Shown: in pieces, positions 54,486-64,000 of the stretch
Numbering within the stretch: position 1 is the stretch's first letter
Layout: the number at the start of each line of letters is the position of its first letter
NCBI GenBank assembly: GCA_963757605.1
Contig: CAVWSF010000001.1
Location: 25,531-89,530 of the forward strand
From: an uncultured Actinomycetes bacterium
Lineage (GTDB): Bacteria > Actinomycetota > Thermoleophilia > Gaiellales > JAICJC01
Direction of reading: 5' to 3'
DNA: 64,000 nt
The notes under the pieces: model-generated
The model's input: only the letters and a program-made list of their open reading frames with translations
Told to the model about the DNA's origin: nothing
Databases searched by the model: none
Position numbers and translations under genes: made by a program

Positions 54486-54752
54486 CTACTGCGCCGCGCT
54501 GGCCTCGATCTCGCGCAGCTCGTCCTCGTAGGCCTGCCCCATCTTCTCGAGGAGGGCCAGCGTCTCACGGGCCTCGTGCTCGTCGATGGCCTGGAGCGCG
54601 AACCCGACGTGGATCAGCACCCAGTCGCCGACGCCCGCCTCGGGGCAGAGCGCGGTCGACACGGTCCGCCGGACGCCGGAGATCTCGGCCTTGGCGAGGC
54701 CGGCCTCGGCGTCGACGACCTCGACGATCTGCGCCGGGATCGCTAAGCACAT
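54486..54752 (-). CDS. hypC: [NiFe]-hydrogenase assembly chaperone HypC/HybG
   Basis: MCLAIPAQIVEV...GDWVLIHVGFAL fits HypC. The frame is intact. Confidence 0.9.
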   Translation of the reverse strand: MCLAIPAQIVEVVDAEAGLAKAEISGVRRTVSTALCPEAGVGDWVLIHVGFALQAIDEHEARETLALLEKMGQAYEDELREIEASAAQ

Positions 54753-54843
54753 TGTGGATTCCCGCCCATGGCCGGTATAGGGTACCGCCGAGGCTGGGGG
54801 AGGCCTGAGGAGTTGGACGCGCCTGCCTGACGTCGCATCGACT

Positions 54844-55966
54844 GTGATCGACCCGGAGGCCCTCGACGACCTGCTGCGCGCGCTGGCCGCACACGGGTTT
54901 CGGACGGTCGGCCCGACGGTCCGCGACGGCGCGATCGTCTACGACGACATCGCGTCGGCGGCCGAGCTCCCGATCGGGTGGACGGACGACCAGGACGCCG
55001 GGCCGCTACCGGCTCGAGCGCCGAGACGACGAGGCCCGGTTCGGCTATGCCGTCGGCCCGCACTCGTGGAAGCAGTTCCTGCTGCCCGCCCGGATCCGGC
55101 TCTGGCGAGCGCGCAAGCGGCGAGGACGGCTTCGTCGTCGAGCAGGACGAGCCGGACGGCGCGCCGCTGGCGTTGATCGGGGTGCGCGCGTGCGAGCTGC
55201 ACGGCATCACGATCCAGGACAAGGTGTTCCTGGGCGGGACGTACGCCGACCACGACTACGCCGCCCGCCGCAAGGACGCGTTCATCGTCGCGGTCAACTG
55301 CTTCGAGCCGGCCGTCGACCTGCTTCTGCACGTCGATGGGGACCGGGCCGAAGGCTGAGGCCGGCTACGACCTGGCGCTGACCGAGATCCTGGACGGCGG
55401 CCACCGGCTGCTCGTCGAGGTGGGGACGATGCGGGGCGCCGAGGTGCTCGCCGACGTCCCGACGCGTCCGGCCGAGCCGGCCGACCTGGCCGCAGCGGGC
55501 GCCGCAGTCGACGGCGCCGTCCAGAAGATGGGCCGGCACGTCGACACCACGGACATCCGCGACATGCTGGCCCGAAACCTCGAGAACGAGCGCTGGGACG
55601 AGGTCGCCTCGCGCTGCCTGACCTGTGGGAACTGCACGCTGGTGTGCCCGACCTGCTTCTGCACGTCCGTCGAGGACCTCACCGACCTGGCCGGCGACAG
55701 CCGAGCGCACGCGCGAGTGGGACTCCTGCTTCTCGGTCGACCACTCCTACATCCACGGCGGCAGCATCCGGCCGTCGGGGAAGTCGCGCTACCGGCAGTG
55801 GCTCACCCACAAGTTCGGGACCTGGTACGACCAGTTCGGCAGCTCCGGCTGCGTCGGGTGCGGCCGGTGCATCGCCTGGTGCCCGGTCGGGATCGACGTG
55901 ACCGAGGAGCTGGCCGCCATCCGCTCGACCGATCGACACGAGGGAGCAGGCGATGGAGACGATTGA
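54844..55966 (+). pseudogene. Group-3b-type hydrogenase Fe-S (beta, AsrA-like) subunit, four frame breaks
   Basis: The protein is readable only by switching frames at ~55000, 55121, 55317 and 55699. The pieces are ...GWTDDQDAG|[25 protein letters not shown]...|EDGFVVEQ...IGVRACELH...|[11 protein letters not shown]...[16 protein letters not shown]...|[11 protein letters not shown]...[17 protein letters not shown]. Confidence 0.75.
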
Positions 55967-56421
55967 GGCCGTCCTGCGCGAGGTGCCGCTCTTCGACGGG
56001 CTCTCGCCCGAGCAGCTCGAGACTGATCGCCGGCTGCGGGCACAACGTCCAGTTCCCCGAGGGCGAGCTCCTGTTCAAGCGACCGCGACCCGGCCGAGAG
56101 CTTCTACGTCCTGCGCCACGGGAGCGTCGCCCTGGAGACGTTCGTGCCGACGCGCGGGGCCGTCGTCATCGAGACCCTCGAGGCCGGCGAGGTCGTCGGC
56201 TGGTCGTGGCTCTTCGCCCCGTACCGGTGGCACTTCGACGCCCGCGCGCTCTCGCTCGTCCGCGCGACCAGCTTCGACGGTGCGTGCCTGCGCGGGAAGG
56301 CGGAGAGCGACCCCAAGCTCGGCTACGCGCTCATGTCACGGTTCGCGCAGGTGATGATCGCCGGCTGCAGTGGACGCGCCTGCGGCTCCTCGACGTCTAC
56401 GGCGATGGCAACCGCAGCTGA
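55953..56421 (+). pseudogene. Cyclic-nucleotide-binding-domain protein of the hydrogenase operon, three frame breaks
   Basis: The pieces are [23 protein letters not shown]|LIAGCGHNVQFPEGELLFKR|DPAESFYVLRHGSVALE...RFAQVMI|RLQWTRLRLLDVYG. Breaks are at ~56022, 56083 and 56360. Confidence 0.7.
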
Positions 56422-57260
56422 CGCCCAGACGGTGGCGGGGCCGATGGTGCCCCAGCCCTTCCGCGTCACGAAACGGCGCCGGGAGCTGACCGACACGTGG
56501 ACGCTCGAGCTCGAGCCGGCCGGCGGCGCGCGGGTCGCTGCCCGCGCCCGGCCAGTTCACGATGCTGTATGCTTCGGCGTCGGCGAGGTGCCGGTCTCGG
56601 TGTCCGGCGACGTCGGACGGCGCCGCTCGTCCACACGGTGCGCGCGGTCGGGCGCCGTGACGCAGGCGATCTGCGCGGCCGAGCCGGGCGAGGTGCTCGG
56701 CGTCCGCGGCCCGTTCGGCAATGGGTGGCCGGTCGAGGCCGCGCTCGGCAGCGACGTGGTCGTCGTCGCCGGCGGCATCGGCCTTGCGCCGCTGCGCCCG
56801 GCGATCTACGCCGGTGCTGGCGGCAGCGCGGCGAGTACGGCGACGTCGCGCTGCTCTACGGCAGCCGCAGCCCCGCGGACCTGCTCTACCGCGGCCGAGC
56901 TCGGGCAGCTGCGCGGCCGCTTCGACGTCCAGGTCGACGTCACGGTCGACACCGCCGGGGCGGCTGGCAGGGCAAGGTCGGGGTGGTGCCGAAGCTGATC
57001 GCCGGCGCCCGCTTCGACCCGCGCGACAGGCGGTCGCGTTCGTCTGCGGGCCCGAGATCATGATGCACTTCGCCGCCCGGGCGCTGCTCGACGCGCGGGG
57101 TGCCGCCGGAGCGCATCTACCTGTCGATGGAGCGCAACATGCAGCTGCGGCCTCGGGCCACTGCGGCCACTGCCAGCTCGGGCCGACGATGATCTGCCGC
57201 GACGGGCCGGTCTACCGCTACGACGAGATCGAGCGCCTGATGGCGGTGCGCGAGCTGTGA
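56405..57260 (+). pseudogene. Hydrogenase gamma (FAD/NAD(P)-binding, 2Fe-2S, AsrB-like) subunit, about 10 frame breaks
   Basis: Conserved pieces are scattered over all three frames: PFRVTKRRRELTDTWTLELEP, PGQFTMLYA, FGVGEVPVSVSGD, PLVHTVRAVG, VVVAGGIGLAPLRP, EYGDVALLYGSRSPADLLY, VAFVCGPEIMMHF, PPERIYLSMERNMQ and HCGHCQLGP. Confidence 0.7.
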
Positions 57261-58024
57261 GCAGGCCCGAAAGCCGACGCTGGCCGTGTGGAAGTTCGCC
57301 TCGTGCGACGGCTGCCAGCTGACGCTCCTCGACTGCGAGGACGAGCTGCTCGTCGCTCGCGGGCGAGGTCGAGATCGCCTACTTCCTGGAGGCGACGCGG
57401 GCGACGGCCGACGGGCCCTACGACCTCTCGCTGGTGGAGGGCTCCGTCACGACCCCCACGACGTCGAGCGGATCCGGGAGGTGCGGCGAGGTCTCCAAGG
57501 CGCTCGTGACGATCGGCGCCTGCGCGACGGCGGGCGGCGTCCAGGCGTTGAAGAACTTCGCCGACGTCGACGAGTACGTCTCGGTCGTCTACGCCACGCC
57601 GGACTACATCTCGACGCTCGACTACCTCGACGCCGATCTCCGCCCACGTGCCGGTCGACTTCGAGCTGAACGGGTGCCCGATCAACAAGCGCCAGCTGCT
57701 CGAGGTGATCACGGCCTTCCTGCACGGCCGCCGGCCCGAGCATCCCGACGTCCAGCGTGTGCATGGAGTGCAAGCGGCGCGGGACTGTGTGCGTCATGGT
57801 GGCGCACGGCACGCCGTGCCTCGGCCCGGTCACGCACGCCGGCTGCGGGGCGCTCTGCCCGTCCTACCACCGCGGCTGCTACGGCTGCTTCGGGCCGATG
57901 GAGACGCCGAACACGGCCGCGCTCACCCGCCAGCTCGGCGAGCTCGGCATGGGGGAGAAGCGGTCGACCGGCGTCTTCCGGACGTTCAACGTCGCGCCCG
58001 TTCGAGGAGGCCCGCACCCGGTGA
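57257..58024 (+). pseudogene. [NiFe]-hydrogenase small (delta) subunit, about 7 frame breaks
   Basis: The pieces are [21 protein letters not shown] | [13 protein letters not shown]...LVEGSVTTP | [10 protein letters not shown] | [23 protein letters not shown] | [24 protein letters not shown] | [13 protein letters not shown]...GCYGCFGP | PFEEARTR*. The GTG start overlaps the upstream TGA. Confidence 0.7.
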
Positions 58025-59321
58025 GCACGCCGAAGACGAAGACGATCCGCACCGACGCCCTGGCCCGCGTCGAGGGCGAGGGGGCGATGTACGTGCGCAT
58101 CGCCGGCCGGCGAGGTCGAGGAGGTGAAGCTCAACATCTACGAGCCGCCCCGGTTCTTCGAGGCGTTCCTGCGCGGGCGCGGCTTCACCGAGGCGCCCGA
58201 CATCACCGCCCGGATCTGCGGCATCTGCCCGGTCGCCTACCAGATGAGCTCGGTGCACGCGATGGAGAAGGCCTGCGGCGTCGAGGTCGACGGCCAGCTG
58301 CGCGCGCTGCGCCGGCTCCTGTACTGCGGGGAGTGGATCGAGAGCCACGCCCTGCACGTCTTCATGCTCCATGCCCCCGACTTCCTCGGCTACCCGAGCG
58401 CGATCGAGCTGGCCCGCGACGCGCCCGACGTCGTCGCGAGCGCGCTCGAGATGAAGAAGATCGGAAACGAGCTCATGACCATCGTCGGCGGCCGCGAGGT
58501 GCATCCGATCAACGTCAAGGTGGGCGGCTGGTACCGCGCGCCCCGCAAGCGCGAGCTGGCGCCGCTCGTGCCCAAGCTCGAGCGGGCGCGCGAGATCGCC
58601 CTCGAGGCCGTCCGGATCACCTCCGGGTTCGACTTCCCCGACTACGAGCAGGACTACGAGCTCGTGGCGCTCGACGCAGCCCGGCGAGTACCCGATCGAC
58701 CGCGGCCGGGTCGTCTCGAACCGCGGGCTCGACATCCCGGTCGCCGAGTACGACGACCACTTCGTCGAGGAGCACGTCGAGTGGTCGAACGCCCTCCACT
58801 CGCGGCTCGTCGAGCGCGGCTCGTACCTGTGCGGGCCGCTCGCCCGGTTCGCGCTCGCCGCCGACCGGCTCTCCCCGGTCGCGCGGGACGCGGCTCGCGA
58901 GGCGGGCCTCGAGCCGTCCGAGCGAAATCCCTTCAAGAGCATCGTCGTTCGCTCCGTCGAGCTCGTGTACGCCGCCGACGAGGCGCTGCGGATCATCGCC
59001 GGCTACGAGGAGCCCGACGCGCCCGCCGTCGAGGTGGAGCCGCGGGCCGGCGTCGGCTACGGCTGCACCGAGGCGCCGCGCGGCATCCTCTACCACCGGT
59101 ACGAGATCGACGCCGAGGGCTCGATCCTCGACGCCAAGATCGTGCCGCCCACGTCCCAGAACCAGCGCACGATCGAGGAGGACCTGCGCGGGGTCGTCGA
59201 GCGGTCGCTCGACATGCCCGACGAGGAGCTCACGATCCGCTGCGAGCAGACGATCCGGAACTACGACCCCTGCATCTCCTGCGCGACGCACTTCCTGACG
59301 CTCGACGTCGAGCGCCGGTGA
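58021..59321 (+). pseudogene. [NiFe]-hydrogenase large (alpha) subunit, two frame breaks
   Basis: It begins [29 protein letters not shown]. It carries the N-terminal Ni-ligand motif [11 protein letters not shown] and the C-terminal [18 protein letters not shown]. Frame switches are at ~58112 and ~58683. Confidence 0.8.
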
Positions 59322-59776
59322 CGGCCGCCGTCGTCTGCGTGGGAAACCGGCTTCGAGGTGACGACGCGGTCGGGCTCGAGGTGGCCCGGCATCTGCGCGG
59401 GACGCTGCCCGCCGGCGTCGGGATCACCGAGCGCGAGGGCGAGCCGACCACGCTCATCGACGCCTGGGATGGCGCCGACGCGCTGTGGGTGGTCGACGCG
59501 GTGTCGTCGGGCTCCGCCGCCGGGAAGGTGCACCGCCTGGAGGCCGGCGAGCAGCCGCTGCCGCAGGGACCGTTCCGGGCTTCGACGCACCACGTGAGCC
59601 TGGCGGAGACCGTGGAGCTGGCACGCGTCCTGGGCCGCCTGCCATCGCGGACCGTGGTCTACGGGATCGAGGGCGGGAGCTTCGCGATCGGCGAGCCGCT
59701 CACGCCCGCCGTGGCCGCCGCGGCCATCGCGGTGGCCGACGCCATCCGCGAGGAGGTCGCCACCGGCGCTGGCTGA
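59318..59776 (+). CDS. Hydrogenase maturation endopeptidase (HycI/HoxW family)
   Basis: [19 protein letters not shown]...LWVVDAV...STHHVSLAE fits this family. The frame is intact. GTGA overlap with the large subunit. Confidence 0.85.
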   Translation: MTAAVVCVGNRLRGDDAVGLEVARHLRGTLPAGVGITEREGEPTTLIDAWDGADALWVVDAVSSGSAAGKVHRLEAGEQPLPQGPFRASTHHVSLAETVELARVLGRLPSRTVVYGIEGGSFAIGEPLTPAVAAAAIAVADAIREEVATGAG

Positions 59777-59820
59777 CCCTGTCCGTCGCCGCTGGTAGTC
59801 TGTCCGGAGCCACGAGCCAC

Positions 59821-59854
59821 CTTTAATCCGCGCCCTGCGAGGCCGGGAAGGAGC
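59821..59854 (+). promoter_or_regulatory. Putative PyrR-binding leader overlapping the pyrR RBS
   Basis: CUUUAAUCCGCGCCCUGCGAGGCCGGGAAGGAGC resembles the PyrR binding-loop consensus (UUUAAUCC...GAGGCyGrGAAGGA). The terminal loop is expanded. It lies 7 nt upstream of ATG 59861. Confidence 0.4.
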
Positions 59855-59860
59855 ACTCGA

Positions 59861-60421
59861 ATGACCGCAACCGCGACCGAGCGCGTGCTGCTCGACGAGG
59901 AAGCACTCCGGCGAACGCTCCGCCGGATCGCCCACGAGATCGTCGAGAAGCATCCCGATCTCACGGCGCTCGGACTGGTCGGCATCTACACGCGCGGCGC
60001 GACGCTCGCGCAGCGGCTGCGCGACCTGATCGAGGAGTACACGGGCGCGCGCGTCCCCACCGGCGCGCTCGACATTACCTTCTACCGCGACGACGTCACT
60101 CTGCGCGCGGAGCAGCGGGCCCATCCGCAGCCGGTGGTCAAGGCCACCCGGCTCGACTTCCCGCTCGAGGGCAAGTCGGTGGTGGTGGTCGACGACGTCC
60201 TCTACACGGGCCGCACCATCCGCTCGGCGATCGAGGCGATCTTCGACTACGGCCGCCCCGAGCGCGTGCAGCTCGCCGTGCTCGTCGACCGCGGCCACCG
60301 CGAGCTGCCCATCCGGCCCGACTACGTCGGCAAGAACCTCCCAACGGCCCGCTCCGAGCGGGTGAACGTCGAGCTCGTCGAGATCGACGAGGTCGACCGT
60401 GTCGTCCTCATCCATCCCTGA
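59861..60421 (+). CDS. pyrR: Bifunctional pyrimidine operon regulator / uracil phosphoribosyltransferase PyrR
   Basis: Has VVVVDDVLYTGRTIRSA (PRPP motif) and RPDYVGKNLPT. Confidence 0.9.
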   Translation: MTATATERVLLDEEALRRTLRRIAHEIVEKHPDLTALGLVGIYTRGATLAQRLRDLIEEYTGARVPTGALDITFYRDDVTLRAEQRAHPQPVVKATRLDFPLEGKSVVVVDDVLYTGRTIRSAIEAIFDYGRPERVQLAVLVDRGHRELPIRPDYVGKNLPTARSERVNVELVEIDEVDRVVLIHP

Positions 60422-60433
60422 CCTGGAGCGCGC

Positions 60434-61443
60434 GTGGACGCAATTCCCCCAAGAGCAGCGCAAAGCGCCGGCACCTGATCTCGATCACCGACCTGCGCCG
60501 GGCCGACATCGAGCGGATCCTCCAGACCGCCGAGGGATTCGAGAGCGTGATGCGGCGCGACATGAAGAAGGTGCCCACGCTGCGCGGGCGCACCGTCATG
60601 ACGGTCTTCTTCGAGGCCTCGACGCGCACGAGCTCCTCGTTCGAGCTCGCCGCCAAGCGGCTCTCGGCCGACACGATCAGCCTGAAGGCGGCCGGCTCGA
60701 GCGTCGACAAGGGCGAGTCGCTGCGCGACACCGTCCAGACCCTCTCGGCCTACGACCCCGACGTGATCGTGATCCGGCACTCCGCGGTGGGGGCCGCCGG
60801 GATGATCACGGCCTGGACCGACGCCCACGTCGTGAACGCCGGCGACGGCACGCACCAGCACCCGACGCAGTGCCTGCTCGACCTCTACACGATGCAGGCC
60901 GCGCTGGGCGGGATCGAAGGCCTGCACGTCGCCATCGTCGGCGACGTCCTGCACTCGCGCGTCGCGCGCTCGAACATCCTCGGCCTTCGCACGATGGGCG
61001 CCCACGTCACCCTGGTCGGGCCGCCGACGCTCATCCCGCGCGACGCTGCGGCCCTCGGCGCCGAGGTGTCGCACTCGATGGACGCGCTCGAGGCGGCCGA
61101 CGTCGTCTACGTCCTTCGCATGCAGCGCGAGCGGATGGCCGCGGGAGCCTCGTACGTCCCCAGCGTGAGCGAGTACGCGGCGGTGTGGGGCGTGACGCCG
61201 GCGCGCCTGCGGCCCAGCCAGCTGGTCATGCACCCGGGCCCGATCAACCGCGGCGTCGAGATCGCTCCCGAGGTGGCCGACTCGGCCGCCTCGCGCATCG
61301 TCGACCAGGTGCGGGCCGGGCTCGTCGTCCGGATGGCCGTCCTCTACGACCTCCTGGCCGGCCCCGGCAGGTCCGAGCCCGAGGCCGCCCTTCGCATCGT
61401 CTCGCCCGACGTCGTCTCGGCCGCCGGCCAGGAGGTGGCCTGA
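60434..61443 (+). CDS. pyrB: Aspartate carbamoyltransferase catalytic subunit, apparent 1-nt deletion near the 5' end
   Basis: The conserved sequence RHLISITDL...FFEASTRTSSSFE...HPTQ...HPGPINRG is in frame 1, which has no canonical start. GTG 60434 has GGAG 5 nt upstream but is in frame 2. One extra C in the C5 run at 60446-60450 would join the two frames. Confidence 0.8.
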
Positions 61444-62768
61444 TGGAGCGGCTCTCCTGTGCGCCCGCGCCTCCCGCCGACCTGCTCATCGCCGGCGCCC
61501 GCGTCGTCGACCCCGGCTCGGGGCTCGACGGGGCGGCCCTCGACGTCCGCATCCACGAGGGCGTGATCGCCGAGATCGGCCCCGACCTGCCGCGGACGGA
61601 GATCGAGACGATCGACGCCGAGGGGCTCGTGCTGCTGCCGGGGCTCGTCGACCCGCACGTCCACCTGCGCACGCCCGGCGACGAGGACGAGGAGGACGTC
61701 GCATCGGGCACCCGCGCGGCGGCGGCCGGCGGCTTCACGGCGATCCTGGCGATGCCGAACACCCACCCCGTGGTCGACACGCCGGTGGTCCTGGGCGGGC
61801 TCGTCGAGCGGGCCGGCCGTGAGGCCCTCGTCCCCACCGGCTTCATGGCCGCGATCACCGCCGGCCAGGAGGGCGAGCGGCTGGCCGAGATGGTCGCGCT
61901 CGCCGAGGCCGGCGCCGTCGCCTTCTCCGACGACGGTCGCCCGGTCGAGCGGGCCGCGATCCTGCGCCGCGCCTTCCAGTACGCATCGGTCACCGGCCTG
62001 CGCCTGGCGCTGCACGAGGAGGACCTGTCGCTCTCCGGAGGGGCGGACATGCACGAGGGCGCCGTCTCGGCCGAGCTCGGCCTGCGGGGCTATCCCTCGA
62101 TCGCCGAGAGCGTCATGGTCGGCCGCGACCTGGCGATCGCACGCTACGAGGGCGCTCCGGTGCACGTCTGCCACGTATCGGCCGCGGAGTCGGTGGCCGA
62201 GATCCGGCGGGCGCGCGAGCTGGGCGTCGAGGTGACCGCCGAGGTGACGCCGCACCACCTGTGCCTGACCGACGAGCACGTCAGGAGCCTCGATGCCGGC
62301 CGGGCCAAGATGAGCCCGCCGCTTCGGGCCGCCACCGACCGGGCGGCGCTGATCGAGGCGCTCGCCGACGGGACGCTCGACTGCATCGGCACCGACCACG
62401 CGCCGCATCGTGGCCACGAGAAGGAGCAGCCGTTCGCGCAGGCGCCCAACGGCGTCATCGGGCTCGAGACGGCGTTCCCGGCGGTCTACACCCACCTCGT
62501 GGAGCCGGGCCTCGTTCCGCTCGCAGCGATCGTCGAGCGCATGTCCGCCGGGCCGGCGGCCGCCTTCGGGCTCCAGCGGCCGGCGGTGCGCAAGGGCGAG
62601 CGGGCCGACCTGTGCCTGTGGGACCTGGCGGCGAGCTGGCTCGCCCAGCCGCCGTACGCGTCGCGCTCGCAGAACTGCGCGTTCGCCGGCCAGACACTGC
62701 GGGCCCGCTGCCATCTCACGATCGCGGCCGGCGTCGTCGCCCACCGGCTGATCGAGGCGGTTGCGTAG
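61443..62768 (+). CDS. pyrC: Dihydroorotase
   Basis: Has LPGLVDPHVHLRTPG, the metal-ligand motifs HVCHVS and GTDHAPH. The ATG overlaps the pyrB TGA. Confidence 0.9.
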   Translation: MERLSCAPAPPADLLIAGARVVDPGSGLDGAALDVRIHEGVIAEIGPDLPRTEIETIDAEGLVLLPGLVDPHVHLRTPGDEDEEDVASGTRAAAAGGFTAILAMPNTHPVVDTPVVLGGLVERAGREALVPTGFMAAITAGQEGERLAEMVALAEAGAVAFSDDGRPVERAAILRRAFQYASVTGLRLALHEEDLSLSGGADMHEGAVSAELGLRGYPSIAESVMVGRDLAIARYEGAPVHVCHVSAAESVAEIRRARELGVEVTAEVTPHHLCLTDEHVRSLDAGRAKMSPPLRAATDRAALIEALADGTLDCIGTDHAPHRGHEKEQPFAQAPNGVIGLETAFPAVYTHLVEPGLVPLAAIVERMSAGPAAAFGLQRPAVRKGERADLCLWDLAASWLAQPPYASRSQNCAFAGQTLRARCHLTIAAGVVAHRLIEAVA

Positions 62769-63880
62769 TGCCGGCCTTCCTGGTGCTCGAGGACGGCACG
62801 GTCTACCGCGGCCGCCCGTACGCGGGCCACGGGATCGCGGTCGGCGAGCTCGTCTTCACGACGTCGATGACCGGCTACCAGGAGGTCGTGACCGACCCCA
62901 GCTTCGCCGGGCAGCTCGTCACGTTCACCCAGCCGATGATCGGCAACTACGGCGTCGAGCCGGACGCCTCGGAGTCGGCCGCGCCGCACGCGCGCGCGGT
63001 GATCGTGCGCGAGGGCCGAAACGCCGCCCCCGGCAGCCGCGCCGGCTTCGCCGACTGGCTCTCGGAGCACGGCGTGGTCGGCCTCCAGGGCATCGACACG
63101 CGCGCGATCACGCGCCGGCTGCGCGACGGCGGCGCCATCCGCGCGGCCGTCTCGACCGGGACGGCGACCGTCGAGGAGGTGCTGGCCGCTGTGCACGCGG
63201 CGCCGGAGATGGCCGGGCAGGCGCTGGCGGCGGGCGTGTCGCGGTCTGCACCCGAGACGTTCCCGGCCGAGGGTCGCGAGCGGGCCCACGTGGTCCTCCT
63301 CGACTACGGCGTCAAGGGCTCGATCGTGCGCCTCCTGTGCGAGGCCGGTGCGCGGGTGACGGCGATGCCCTGGGACGCCTCCGCCGCCGACGTCCTCGCC
63401 ACGGCCCCCGACGGCATCCTGCTCGCCAACGGCCCGGGCGACCCGGCCGCGCTCCCGGCCTGCGTCGCGGAGGTGCGGGCCATGCTCGAGGCCCGGCCGG
63501 TCTTCGGGATCTGCCTCGGCCATCAGCTGCTCGGCCGGGCGCTCGGCCTCGAGACCTACAAGCTCCGGTTCGGCCACCGCGGCGCGAACCACCCGGTGCT
63601 CCAGCTCGACTCCGGCCGGGTGCTCGTGACCGCGCAGAACCACGGGTTCGCCGTGCGCGGCCCCGAGTCCGGGCGCGAGTTCGAGACCGCCTACGGGCCC
63701 GCGATCGTGACGCACACCTCGCTCTACGACGGCACCATCGAGGGGCTCGCCCTGCGCGACCGCGACGTCTCCTCGCTCCAGTTCCACCCCGAGGCCAGCC
63801 CCGGGCCGCACGACGCCCGCGACGCGCTGGCAGGGTTCGTCGACCGTATCGCCTCCGCCGAGCGGGCCGCCGTTGCCTAG
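62768..63880 (+). CDS. carA: Carbamoyl-phosphate synthase small (glutaminase) subunit
   Basis: Has [29 protein letters not shown] (Cys nucleophile), and HGFAV and FHPE near the C-terminus. Confidence 0.9.
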   Translation: MPAFLVLEDGTVYRGRPYAGHGIAVGELVFTTSMTGYQEVVTDPSFAGQLVTFTQPMIGNYGVEPDASESAAPHARAVIVREGRNAAPGSRAGFADWLSEHGVVGLQGIDTRAITRRLRDGGAIRAAVSTGTATVEEVLAAVHAAPEMAGQALAAGVSRSAPETFPAEGRERAHVVLLDYGVKGSIVRLLCEAGARVTAMPWDASAADVLATAPDGILLANGPGDPAALPACVAEVRAMLEARPVFGICLGHQLLGRALGLETYKLRFGHRGANHPVLQLDSGRVLVTAQNHGFAVRGPESGREFETAYGPAIVTHTSLYDGTIEGLALRDRDVSSLQFHPEASPGPHDARDALAGFVDRIASAERAAVA

Positions 63881-64000
63881 GCGCCGCGACATCCACGCGG
63901 TGGCGGTCATCGGCTCGGGCCCGATCGTGATCGGGCAGGCGTGCGAGTTCGACTACTCGGGGAGCCAGGCGCTGCGCGTGCTGCGCGCGGAGGGCATGCG
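63873..64000 (+). CDS. carB: Carbamoyl-phosphate synthase large subunit (5' fragment, runs off the window)
   Basis: TTG start gives (M)[41 protein letters not shown], colinear with CarB N-termini. Confidence 0.85.
   Translation, partial: MPRRRDIHAVAVIGSGPIVIGQACEFDYSGSQALRVLRAEGM

Overview
High-G+C, actinobacteria-like chromosomal segment. It is densely coding, with many 4-nt GTGA/ATGA stop/start overlaps. I found one tRNA and no rRNA, CRISPR array, transposase or integrase. Gene order is given in the features list. Most interesting: (1) two homologous ~170-nt leader elements in inverted orientation, each ending CATCTAG at a start codon, with compensatory changes in a shared hairpin (unclassified cis-regulatory RNA candidate). 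(2) A ComA operon that lacks comB/C/DE and instead carries fumarase-like and fumarate-reductase-like enzymes (possible sulfolactate -> sulfoacrylate -> sulfopropanoate chemistry). (3) Two perfect LexA/Cheo boxes in front of a small TM+LysM protein (YneA/ChiZ-like SOS division inhibitor). (4) Three tandem TGAAAC-N19-GTTTCA palindromic units in a divergent promoter. (5) A tRNA-Arg 3'-end duplication bracketing an A/T-richer aldo-keto reductase islet. (6) More than 25 frameshifts confined to the hydrogenase structural genes, which may be assembly error. All product calls rest on my reading of the supplied translations; no database search was run.
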